From contig CAVYBU010000007.1 of NCBI GenBank assembly GCA_963766735.1, positions 288,001 to 352,000 on the forward strand: a DNA stretch of 64,000 nt, read 5' to 3'. The notes under the pieces are model-generated. The model did no database searches. It was not told the origin of the DNA and saw only the letters and a list, made by a program, of their open reading frames with translations. The DNA is from an uncultured Chloroflexia bacterium. GTDB taxonomy: Bacteria; Chloroflexota; Limnocylindria; Limnocylindrales; CSP1-4. Below, one piece after another: positions 55,618 through 64,000 of the stretch. Within the stretch, counting starts at the first letter, position 1. Each line of letters opens with the position of its first letter. The translations under genes and the position numbers were made by a program.

Positions 55618-56747
55618 CCCGCGAGCCCCTCCTCCACGTACCGCTTGCCGCCGAGCGCCGCGGCGTCCACGACCTCGCCCACGACCCAGGCCGGGATTCC
55701 ACGCTCCCGCGCCAGCTCCACGGTAGCCGCGGCGGCTCCCGCCGGCACGACGATCACCATCCCCAGCCCCGCGTTGAACGTCGCGCGCAGCTCCGCCTCC
55801 GCGATCCCCCCGAGCGTCCCCAGCACGCGCATGACCGAGGGCATCGGCCAGAGCGACGGGTCCAGGCGGGCTCCAAGCGCTTCAGGCAATGCGCGCGGAA
55901 CGTTGCCGGGCAGGCCTCCACCAGTGACGTGGGCGATCCCGCGAACCTCGTGGCCCGCCGCCCCGAGGGCGGAGCGCATCGCCAGCATGTCCTTCGCGTA
56001 GATCCGCGTGGGCGTCAGAAGGACGTCACCCAGCGTCGCATCGGCGTCGAGCATCTCCCGCACCAGCGCCTCGTCTGCCGAGGCGTCGCCCAGCACCCGC
56101 CGGAGCAATCGCACATACGCCTCTCCAAGATCCAGCCGGTGCTCGGCGATCAGTCCTCGCACCAGCGAGTACCCGTTCGCATGCAGCCCTGAGGACGCCA
56201 GCCCCACGATCGCGTCGCCGGCCCGGGCGGCGGACCCGTCCAGCAGCCGCGACCGCTCGCCCACCCCGATGCAGAACCCCGCCAGGTCGAACGCGTCAGG
56301 CTCCATCACGCCCGGGTGCTCCGCCGTCTCGCCACCAGTGAGCGCGCAGCCCGCCTGGCGGCAGCCCTCGGCGATCCCCGACACCAGCGCGGCCACCCGG
56401 TCCGGGTCCAGTCTCCCGATCGCGATGTAGTCCAGGAACGCCAGCGGCTCGGCTCCCGTGCACGCCACGTCGTCCGCGCACATCGCGACGAGGTCGATCC
56501 CGATCGTGTCCAGCCGCCCCAGCGCGGCCGCAATCGCCGTCTTCGTGCCCACGCCGTCCGTGGACGAGATGATGACGGGCTCCCGGTAGCCAGCCGGGAT
56601 CGCCACCGCGGAGCCGAACCCGCCCAGGCCGTCCAGCACCTCCGGCCGCCAGGTGGATGCCACGGACCCGCGCATCAGCTCCACGGCCCGCTCGCCGGCG
56701 GCGACATCGACCCCGGCGCGTGCGTAGGCGGCCCGCTCGCCGGTCAT
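55614..56747 (-). CDS. purM: AIR synthetase
   Basis: 'YARAGVD', 'TDGVGTK', 'GGETAEHP', 'SSGLHANG'. Confidence 0.95.
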   Translation of the reverse strand: MTGERAAYARAGVDVAAGERAVELMRGSVASTWRPEVLDGLGGFGSAVAIPAGYREPVIISSTDGVGTKTAIAAALGRLDTIGIDLVAMCADDVACTGAEPLAFLDYIAIGRLDPDRVAALVSGIAEGCRQAGCALTGGETAEHPGVMEPDAFDLAGFCIGVGERSRLLDGSAARAGDAIVGLASSGLHANGYSLVRGLIAEHRLDLGEAYVRLLRRVLGDASADEALVREMLDADATLGDVLLTPTRIYAKDMLAMRSALGAAGHEVRGIAHVTGGGLPGNVPRALPEALGARLDPSLWPMPSVMRVLGTLGGIAEAELRATFNAGLGMVIVVPAGAAAATVELARERGIPAWVVGEVVDAAALGGKRYVEEGLAG

Positions 56748-58198
56748 CGGGCCTCCACCGCCCCCACGGACCCTTCGAGCATGAACTTGCGCGCCGACAC
56801 GTCGTAGGGGACGGGCACCGGGTACCTGCCGTCGAAGCAGGCGAAGCAGAACTGGTCGTAGGGCAGGTCCAGCGCCGCCAGGACGCCGCGGATGGACAGG
56901 TAGCCCAGCGAGTCCGCCCCGATGAAGTCGCGGATCTCGTCGACCGAGTGACTGCCGGCGATCAGCTCGGTGTCGATCGCCGTGTCGATGCCGTAGAAGC
57001 ACGGGTGGTAGATCGGCGGGGCCGAGATCCGGACGTGGATCTCCCGGGCGCCGGCGCGCCGCAGAAGGCCCACGATCTGCTTGGTCGTGGTGCCGCGGAC
57101 GATCGAGTCGTCCACGACGATCAGGCGCTTGTCGCGGACGACCTCGCGCAGGGGGCTCAGCTTGACGTTGACGCCGCGCTGGCGCATCGCCTGGGAGGGC
57201 TGGATGAACGTCCGGCCGCTGTAGCGGTTGCGGACCATCCCCTCGCGGTACGGGATCCCGGATGCCTCCGCGAAGCCCGCCGCGGCCGGCGCGCCCGTGT
57301 CCGGCACGGGCATCACCATGTCGGCCTCCACCGCGTGCTCCGAGGCCAGCTGGATCCCCATCTGGCGGCGCGCCTCGTACAGGTTGCGCCCCAGCATGTA
57401 TGAGTCGGGCCGGGCGAAGTAGATGAGCTCGAACACGCACAGGGCGGGCGTTGCGGTTGCGTAGCGCACCGAGACGGGCTCGCGGCCGGGCTCCAGGATG
57501 ACGATCTCGCCGGGTTCCACGTCCCGGACCAGCTCCGCGCCGACGATGTCGAGCGCGGCGGTCTCGGACGCGAGGATCCAGCCGCCGGTGTCGTCGCCCC
57601 AGAGGTCGGGACCGCCGGCGTCGGCCGGGACCGGGAGGCGGCCGAGCACGAGCGGACGGAAGCCGTGCGGGTCACGGACGCCGATGACGCGGTGCTCGTC
57701 GAGGATCACGAGGCTGAACGCTCCACGGACACGCGGCAGGACCTTGCGAAGGGCATCCACGGTGTCGTCCGCGGGCTCGTCCGCGAGGAGGGCCGTCAGC
57801 AGCTCCGTGTCCGTGCTGGCAGGGAGCCGGCCACGGCCGCCACGGAGCTGCTCGAGGAGCTCTCGCGTGTTGACGAGGTTCCCGTTGTGGCCGATGGCGA
57901 GGGCGCGCCGTGGGCCCAGGCGGAGCGTCGGCTGGGCGTTCTCCCAGACCGTGGAGCCCGTGGTGGAATAGCGGCAGTGGGCCACGGCCAGGTCCCCGGC
58001 CAGCGACGGGATCCGTCGCTCGTCCAGCACCTGGCCCACCATGCCCAGGTCCTTGTAGATCATGAGGTGTTGACCGTCGGACACGCCGACGCCCGCCGAT
58101 TCCTGGCCCCGGTGCTGGAGTGCGAAGAGGGCGGTCGCCGCCACGGCCGCCGCCTCGTGGCCACGGTTGGGCAGGACGACCCCGACCACGCCGCACAT
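56744..58198 (-). CDS. purF: Amidophosphoribosyltransferase
   Basis: N-terminal MCG, 'LQHRGQE', 'VDDSIVRGTT'. Confidence 0.96.
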   Translation of the reverse strand: MCGVVGVVLPNRGHEAAAVAATALFALQHRGQESAGVGVSDGQHLMIYKDLGMVGQVLDERRIPSLAGDLAVAHCRYSTTGSTVWENAQPTLRLGPRRALAIGHNGNLVNTRELLEQLRGGRGRLPASTDTELLTALLADEPADDTVDALRKVLPRVRGAFSLVILDEHRVIGVRDPHGFRPLVLGRLPVPADAGGPDLWGDDTGGWILASETAALDIVGAELVRDVEPGEIVILEPGREPVSVRYATATPALCVFELIYFARPDSYMLGRNLYEARRQMGIQLASEHAVEADMVMPVPDTGAPAAAGFAEASGIPYREGMVRNRYSGRTFIQPSQAMRQRGVNVKLSPLREVVRDKRLIVVDDSIVRGTTTKQIVGLLRRAGAREIHVRISAPPIYHPCFYGIDTAIDTELIAGSHSVDEIRDFIGADSLGYLSIRGVLAALDLPYDQFCFACFDGRYPVPVPYDVSARKFMLEGSVGAVEAR

Positions 58199-60540
58199 CA
58201 GCCGCCGGACTCCCAGCCGAGCGCCCGAGGCAGACCGTGCTCCCACGCGTGCCGCAGGTCCGCCACCGGGACCTCCAGCGCATCCGCGATCCGGCTGCCG
58301 CGCTCCTCGGCGGCGCCCGTGGCGCCCTCGCCGGTCAGCTCCACGACCAGGCGGTGGCCACCGGTCGCCCCGAGCGTCTCCACCGGCAGGCCGTGATGGC
58401 GGGCAAGGAGCGCGAGGGCCGGTGCGTGGCGCTGCGTCGTCTCCACGACCAGGCGCGACGGGCTCTCCCCGAACAGCGCCACGGCCGGCGAGTCGCCGAC
58501 GCCGAGCCTCAGCTGCGCGCCCACGTCGCCCCAGATGCACATCTCGGCGAGCGCCACGGCCAGGCCGCCGCCGGAGACGTCCTGGCAGCTCTCCACGAGG
58601 CCCCGGGCAATGGCCTCCCGGATGAACGCCTGCAGCCGTGTCTCCACGGCCAGGTCAAGGACCGGCGGGCCGTCCTCGAAGGCGCTGCCCGCCAGGCGGG
58701 CGTACTCGCTGCCGGCGAGGCCCGGGCCCGCGTGACCGACCAGCAGCACGGCACTCCCGGCCGCGACGAACGCCGGACCGACGCGCCTGGACACGTCCGT
58801 CAGCAGCCCCACGATCCCGATCTCCGGCGTGGGCGCGATGGCGGAGCCGGGCGCCTCGTTGTAGAGCGAGACGTTGCCACCCGTGACCGGAAGGCCCAGT
58901 GCGGTGCACGCGTCGGCAAGACCACGGACGCCCTCTGCCAGGGCCCAGAAGGCCTCCGGCCGCGTCGGATCGCCGTAGTTGAGGCAGTTGGTCACGCCCA
59001 GCGGCCGCGCGCCGGTGATGGACACGTTGCGCGAGGCCTCGGCAACCGACATGGCGGCGCCCAGCCACGGGTCCACGGCGCTGACCGGGGCGTTGCCGTC
59101 CGTCGTGGCGACCAGCGCCTTCGTCGTGCCCTTGATCCGGATCACTGCCGCCCCTCGCCCGGGGCCGGTCACGGTGTTGGCCTGGACGTTGTGGTCGTAC
59201 TGCTCGTAGACGGACCGGCGCGACGAGAGGTTCGGCGAACCGAGCAGCGCCACCAGCACGGCACCGGGGTCCTGGCCGCGGAGCGGCAGCTGGTCCACAG
59301 GCTCCGCAGGGGCACCGGGAGCGGGGGCCGGGCGACGCCGGGCCGGTGCCCGCGACACACGTTCGAAGACGATTGCCTCGGACGCCAGGGCGCGCGCAGG
59401 GATGCGGGCGAGCTCCTCGGCGCCGCTCACCGGGCGGCCGTCGGCATCCAGCGCGCCGCGACCGCCGGGTCCCGTGAGAATGACGATATCCCGCTCCCCC
59501 GTGACCCGGCCGATGATCGCAACGGGCAGGTCCCACCGCTCGCAGACAGCTCGGACTCCCTCCCAGCGCGCGGGCTCAACGATCGCGACCATCCTCTCCT
59601 GAGACTCGGAGATCATGACCTCGAACGGCTCGAGGCCCGGCTCCCGGCGCGGGATCGCGTCCAGGTCCACCAGCATCCCGGTGCCGCCGCGGTCCGCGGT
59701 CTCGCAGGTGGCGCACGTGATCCCGGCGGCGCCCAGGTCCTGGATCGAGACGACGAGACCCTTCGCGATCAGCTCCAGCGTCGCCTCGATGAGCAGCTTC
59801 TCCGCGAACGGGTCCCCGACCTGGACGGACGGGCGCTTGCTGGGGTCCTGCTCACCGAAGGTGGCGCTGGCGAGGACCGACGCCCCACCGATGCCGTCCC
59901 GGCCGGTCGCCGAGCCGTAGAGCACGACGAGGTTGCCGGGGCCGTCCGCGGACGCCCGCATCAGCATCCCGTCCTCGAGCAGACCGATCGCCATGACGTT
60001 GACCAGCGGATTGCCCTGGTAGGACGGATCGAACACCAGCTCGCCGCCGACGGTGGGCACGCCCACGCAGTTGCCGTAGCCGCCCACGCCGCGTACGACG
60101 CCGTCGACGAGGTGTCGCGTCCGGGCATCGGACGGATCCCCGAAACGCAGCGCGTCCAGGACGGCGATCGGGCGCGCGCCCATTGCGAACACGTCGCGCA
60201 GGATGCCGCCGACGCCGGTCGCGGCGCCCTGGTACGGCTCCACGGCGGACGGGTGGTTGTGGCTCTCGATCTTGAACGCGACCGCCAGGCCGTCGCCGAT
60301 CGCGATGACCCCCGCCTGCTCCCCCACCCCGGCGACAACGTCCTCGCCCTTCGTCGGGAGGGTGGCGAGCAGCGGCCGGGAGCTCTTGTAGGAGCAGTGC
60401 TCGCTCCACATGACGCTGAACATGGCCAGCTCGAGGTCGTTGGGGTCCCGGCCCAGCTTCGCCCGGATCGCCTCGAGCTCCACGTCCTCGAGCCCGAGGG
60501 TCCGGTGCAGCGGCATCGGCGGGATCGCGGACGCGGTCAT
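58198..60540 (-). CDS. purL: FGAM synthase subunit PurL
   Basis: 'MWSEHCSYK', 'ESHNHPS', 'SESQERM'. Confidence 0.96.
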   Translation of the reverse strand: MTASAIPPMPLHRTLGLEDVELEAIRAKLGRDPNDLELAMFSVMWSEHCSYKSSRPLLATLPTKGEDVVAGVGEQAGVIAIGDGLAVAFKIESHNHPSAVEPYQGAATGVGGILRDVFAMGARPIAVLDALRFGDPSDARTRHLVDGVVRGVGGYGNCVGVPTVGGELVFDPSYQGNPLVNVMAIGLLEDGMLMRASADGPGNLVVLYGSATGRDGIGGASVLASATFGEQDPSKRPSVQVGDPFAEKLLIEATLELIAKGLVVSIQDLGAAGITCATCETADRGGTGMLVDLDAIPRREPGLEPFEVMISESQERMVAIVEPARWEGVRAVCERWDLPVAIIGRVTGERDIVILTGPGGRGALDADGRPVSGAEELARIPARALASEAIVFERVSRAPARRRPAPAPGAPAEPVDQLPLRGQDPGAVLVALLGSPNLSSRRSVYEQYDHNVQANTVTGPGRGAAVIRIKGTTKALVATTDGNAPVSAVDPWLGAAMSVAEASRNVSITGARPLGVTNCLNYGDPTRPEAFWALAEGVRGLADACTALGLPVTGGNVSLYNEAPGSAIAPTPEIGIVGLLTDVSRRVGPAFVAAGSAVLLVGHAGPGLAGSEYARLAGSAFEDGPPVLDLAVETRLQAFIREAIARGLVESCQDVSGGGLAVALAEMCIWGDVGAQLRLGVGDSPAVALFGESPSRLVVETTQRHAPALALLARHHGLPVETLGATGGHRLVVELTGEGATGAAEERGSRIADALEVPVADLRHAWEHGLPRALGWESGG

Positions 60541-61298
60541 CGCACGCCCCCGGTGGCCACGACACCCGTGCCCGCGATCGAGCCCGTGCTGGCCCATTCC
60601 GCGGCGCTCACCACCAGCGAGCGGATGATGCCCAGGCCATCGTCCGAGCCGAGGATCGACTCGACCGCGGTCTCCGGGTGGGGCATCAGCCCCGCCACGT
60701 TGCCCGCGGCGTTGCGCACGCCCGCGATCCCGCGCAGCGACCCGTTCGGGTTGCCGGCATCGTCCGGTCCCGCGACGGAGCCGTCCCCGTTCGCGTAGCG
60801 CCACAGCACGCCGCCGTCGCGCTCCAGCTCGTCCAGCGTCGCCTCGTCAGCGTAGTAGCAGCCCTCACCGTGGGCGACGGGCATCCGCAACGGCCGCCGT
60901 GCCCCGATCTCGCGCGTGAACGGCGAGTCCATGTGCTCGGGCAGGAGGGTGACCTCACGGCAGACGAACCGCAGGCCGCGGTTGCGCAGCAGGGCACCCG
61001 GCACCAGACTCGCCTCGGCGAGGACCTGGAACCCGTTGCAGATGCCCAGGACCGGGCCGCCCCGCTCCGCGAAGTCCGCCACGGCGCGCATCACGGGACT
61101 GAACCGCGCGATGACGCCGGCGCGCAGGTAGTCCCCGTACGCAAACCCGCCCGGGAGCAGGATCCCGGCGACGCCCGCCAGGTCCGCGTCCTCGTGCCAC
61201 AGGATCTCCGGCTCGGCACCAGCCACGCGCAGGGCATTGACCGCGTCGATGTCCCTGTTGGAGCCCGGGAACAGGACGACCCCGACGCGCACCGTCAC
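60537..61298 (-). CDS. purQ: FGAM synthase glutaminase subunit PurQ
   Basis: 'FPGSN', 'GICNGFQ', 'MPHPE'. Confidence 0.96.
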   Translation of the reverse strand: MTVRVGVVLFPGSNRDIDAVNALRVAGAEPEILWHEDADLAGVAGILLPGGFAYGDYLRAGVIARFSPVMRAVADFAERGGPVLGICNGFQVLAEASLVPGALLRNRGLRFVCREVTLLPEHMDSPFTREIGARRPLRMPVAHGEGCYYADEATLDELERDGGVLWRYANGDGSVAGPDDAGNPNGSLRGIAGVRNAAGNVAGLMPHPETAVESILGSDDGLGIIRSLVVSAAEWASTGSIAGTGVVATGGVR

Positions 61299-61600
61299 CC
61301 GTGCGTCCCCGTATCGGCCACCACGACCTCGCCCACCTCGCCCAGCGGCTCGACCTCGAACAGCTCCATCAGCGGGTTCGAGAGCAGCTCGCCCGCCAGT
61401 CGGTCCACCACGGCCCGGGCGGCGGCCTCGTCGGCGGCCTCCACGACCATCTCGACCCGGCGGCCGACCCGGACTCCGCTCACCCCGGTGATGCCGAGGT
61501 GCGGGAGGCTGCGCTCAACGGCCTTTCCCTGGGGGTCCAGGATGCCGGGCTTGGGCGTGACGTTGACGGCGTAGCGGTAGGCGCGGGCCGGGTCGCTCAT
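61295..61600 (-). CDS. purS: FGAM synthase subunit PurS
   Basis: 'KPGILDPQG', 'LLSNPLME'. Confidence 0.93.
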   Translation of the reverse strand: MSDPARAYRYAVNVTPKPGILDPQGKAVERSLPHLGITGVSGVRVGRRVEMVVEAADEAAARAVVDRLAGELLSNPLMELFEVEPLGEVGEVVVADTGTHG

Positions 61601-62514
61601 CGTGCGATGACATCCTCCGTGAGATAGCGGGCGAAGCTCGCCCCGGTGATGCGTTCGAAGGCCTCGACGTAGCGGGTCCGGGTGCCGGCCACCACGTCCT
61701 CCGGGAGCTCCGGCCCGGGCGCGGTCTTGTCCCACGGCTGCCGCTCCAGCCAGTCGCGGACGAACTGCTTGTCATAGCTGGCCTGGGCACGCCCCGGTTC
61801 ATACGCCGCGGCATCCCAGAAGCGCGAGGAATCCGGCGTCATGACCTCGTCGATGAGCACCAGCGCGCCCGACGACACGAGGCCGAACTCGAACTTGGTG
61901 TCCGCGAGGATGATCCCGACCCGCTCGCATTGGGCGGCGCCGCGGTGGTAGAGCGCGAGCGAGACCGAACGCACCTGCTCCGCCAGCTCCTCGCCGATCA
62001 ACTCCTGAACGTGGTGGAAGTCGACGTTCTCGTCGTGCTGGCCGGCCGGCGCCTTCGAGGCCGGCGTGAAGATGGCCGACGGCAGGCGGTCGCTCTCGCG
62101 GATGCCATCCGGGAACCTGATCCCGCAGACGGCGCCGGTGGCCTGGTAGTCCCTCCAGCCGGAACCGCTGAGGTATCCGCGCACGACGCATTCCACCGGC
62201 AGGACGGAGGCTTGGCGACCGAGCATGATCCGGCCGCGGAGGTCCGCGATGAGCCACGGGTCGCCCCGCGTGATCTCCTCGGGGAGGTCCACGGGATCCG
62301 TGGCCAGCAGGTGGTTCGGGACGATGTCGGTCGTCTCGGAGAACCAGAACCGAGAGAGGCCGGTCAGGATCCGGCCCTTGTCGGGGATCGGCGTGGGCAG
62401 GACGACGTCGAAGGCGGACAGGCGATCGCTGGCGACCAGGAGGAGGCGGTCGTCGTCGACGCGGTACAGGTCCCGGACCTTGCCGGACCGCACAAAGGAA
62501 TCAGCGAGCGGCAT
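61597..62514 (-). CDS. purC: SAICAR synthetase
   Basis: 'SGKVRDLY', 'DRLSAFD', 'DTKFEFG', 'TPDSSRFW'. Confidence 0.96.
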   Translation of the reverse strand: MPLADSFVRSGKVRDLYRVDDDRLLLVASDRLSAFDVVLPTPIPDKGRILTGLSRFWFSETTDIVPNHLLATDPVDLPEEITRGDPWLIADLRGRIMLGRQASVLPVECVVRGYLSGSGWRDYQATGAVCGIRFPDGIRESDRLPSAIFTPASKAPAGQHDENVDFHHVQELIGEELAEQVRSVSLALYHRGAAQCERVGIILADTKFEFGLVSSGALVLIDEVMTPDSSRFWDAAAYEPGRAQASYDKQFVRDWLERQPWDKTAPGPELPEDVVAGTRTRYVEAFERITGASFARYLTEDVIAR

Positions 62515-63829
62515 CGGGATCCCCCTTGCGCTCGAGCGCGTCCAGGCGGGCGATCACCTCCGGCACGTGCCGGAGGACCGCTGCGTCATCGAAGCAGGAA
62601 TCGAGGTCCGCGAGCGGCAGCCGCCCGGCGACCGCGGGATCCGTGGCCAGGAGGTCGTGAAGCGGCACCCGCTCGTCGGCGGCCCGCAGGGCATTGCGCT
62701 GGACGATGGCGTAGGCGTCCTCGCGCGACAGCCCGGCCGTCTCGACCAGGGCCAGCAGCACCCGCGAGGAGGCATGGAGCCCAAGGCCGCGCTCGATGTT
62801 CTCGCGCATCCGCTCCGGGCGGACCACCAGCCCTTCGACCAGGCCCGTCGTCCTGACCAGCATGTAGTCCAGCAGCGTCGTGGCGTCGGGGAGGATCACC
62901 CGCTCCGCGGAGCTGTGGCTGATGTCGCGCTCGTGCCACAGGGGCTGGTTCTCGAGGGCCGTGTGGGCGTAGCCGCGCAGGAGCCGCGCGAGACCCGCGA
63001 TCCGCTCGGACAGGATCGGGTTGCGCTTGTGGGGCATGGCGCTCGAGCCCTTCTGGCCGCTCCTGAACGGCTCCATGACCTCGGCGATCTCGGTGTGCTG
63101 GAGGTTGCGGACCTCGGTTGCGAGCCGCTCGAGGGTGCCGCCGAGGATCGCGATCGCCGCGAGGAAGGCGGCGTGACGGTCCCGCTGGACGATCTGGGTG
63201 CTGACCGGGTCCACGCGCAGGCCCAGGTCAGCGAGCACCTCCGCCTCGAGATCGGGGCCGAGGTGGCTGTACGTCCCAACCGGGCCACTGATCTTGCCGG
63301 TGGCGATCTCGGCGGTGGCCTGCGCCAGGCGCTCGCGGCCGCGGGCGACCTCGAACGCCCAGCCGGCGCACTTCAGGCCGAAGGTCGTGGGCTCCGCGTG
63401 CACGGAGTGCGTGCGACCCATCATCACGGTGCCTGCCTCGCGCCGGGCACGGGCGATGAGGGCGGCGAGCAGGTTGTCCGCATCGAACAGGAGGCGTTCC
63501 CCGGCGGCCCGCAGTTGGAGCGCCAGCGCAGTATCCACGACGTCGCTGCTGGTCAGGCCCAGGTGCAGGAACCGCCCCTCGGGCCCCACGCTCTCCGCCA
63601 CCTGCGAGACGAAGGCGATGACGTCGTGATCCGTGGTCGCCTCGATCTCGGCGATCCGGTCCACGTCCACGACCGCGCGGACCTCGATGACGGCCAGTGC
63701 CTCGGCCGGAACGAGCCCGCGACGGACCTGCGCCCGGCAGACGGCGATCTCCACCTCGAGCATGCGCTCGAAACGGGCCTGCTCGGACCAGGTGGCAGCC
63801 ATCTCCGGGAGCGTGTAGCGGCGGATCAC
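62501..63829 (-). CDS. purB: Adenylosuccinate lyase
   Basis: 'GSSAMPHKRNP', 'GLTSSD', 'HERDISHS'. Confidence 0.96.
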   Translation of the reverse strand: MIRRYTLPEMAATWSEQARFERMLEVEIAVCRAQVRRGLVPAEALAVIEVRAVVDVDRIAEIEATTDHDVIAFVSQVAESVGPEGRFLHLGLTSSDVVDTALALQLRAAGERLLFDADNLLAALIARARREAGTVMMGRTHSVHAEPTTFGLKCAGWAFEVARGRERLAQATAEIATGKISGPVGTYSHLGPDLEAEVLADLGLRVDPVSTQIVQRDRHAAFLAAIAILGGTLERLATEVRNLQHTEIAEVMEPFRSGQKGSSAMPHKRNPILSERIAGLARLLRGYAHTALENQPLWHERDISHSSAERVILPDATTLLDYMLVRTTGLVEGLVVRPERMRENIERGLGLHASSRVLLALVETAGLSREDAYAIVQRNALRAADERVPLHDLLATDPAVAGRLPLADLDSCFDDAAVLRHVPEVIARLDALERKGDPDAAR

Positions 63830-64000
63830 CGGGCGACCTCCAGCGCTGCGGGGTGTGGCAGGTCCAGCGCGATGTCGCGCCGGCGCTGCAGGCCATCCCA
63901 GGTGATGGACTCCGCGGCCACCTCGGCCGCCACCCGTGCTGCCGCCAGGTCCGGGCCCCGCCCGACGACCGTCAGCACCCGACCGCCGTTCGTCCCGAAG
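63826..64000 (-). CDS. purD: GAR synthetase, C-terminal part (truncated by window end)
   Basis: Minus frame reads 'TNGGRVLTVVG...RRDIA'; stop overlaps the purB GTG. Confidence 0.85.
   Translation of the reverse strand, partial: FGTNGGRVLTVVGRGPDLAAARVAAEVAAESITWDGLQRRRDIALDLPHPAALEVAR

Overview
Very GC-rich bacterial chromosome segment. Gene content and protein style suggest Chloroflexota (Limnocylindria/Ellin6529-like); this is an inference only. It is mostly housekeeping: pfkA end, an ECF sigma factor with two tandem anti-sigma paralogs, tRNA-Leu(CAA), dnaE, modAB, an MtrAB/LpqB-like two-component locus, nucleoside and amino-acid ABC transporters, a split gatCAB, ligA, pcrA, groESL with CIRCE, tatD, metG and a pur operon with a PurN-PurH fusion. 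Four observations stand out. (1) At 10.0-13.75 kb, a protein with eleven 17-aa 'DE[ND]DVEGH' repeats is followed on the same strand by a Crp-family regulator, a stand-alone GAF protein and a leaderless subtilisin; this is a candidate undescribed peptide/protease signalling system. (2) The MetRS has its class I HIGH motif rearranged to GLHT. (3) An integrase-less 1.2 kb mini-island sits in tRNA-Leu, with small genes separated by covarying hairpin repeats. (4) A recent anti-sigma duplication has divergent C-termini. Several single-base frameshifts, including in the essential gatA, indicate indel errors in the assembly.
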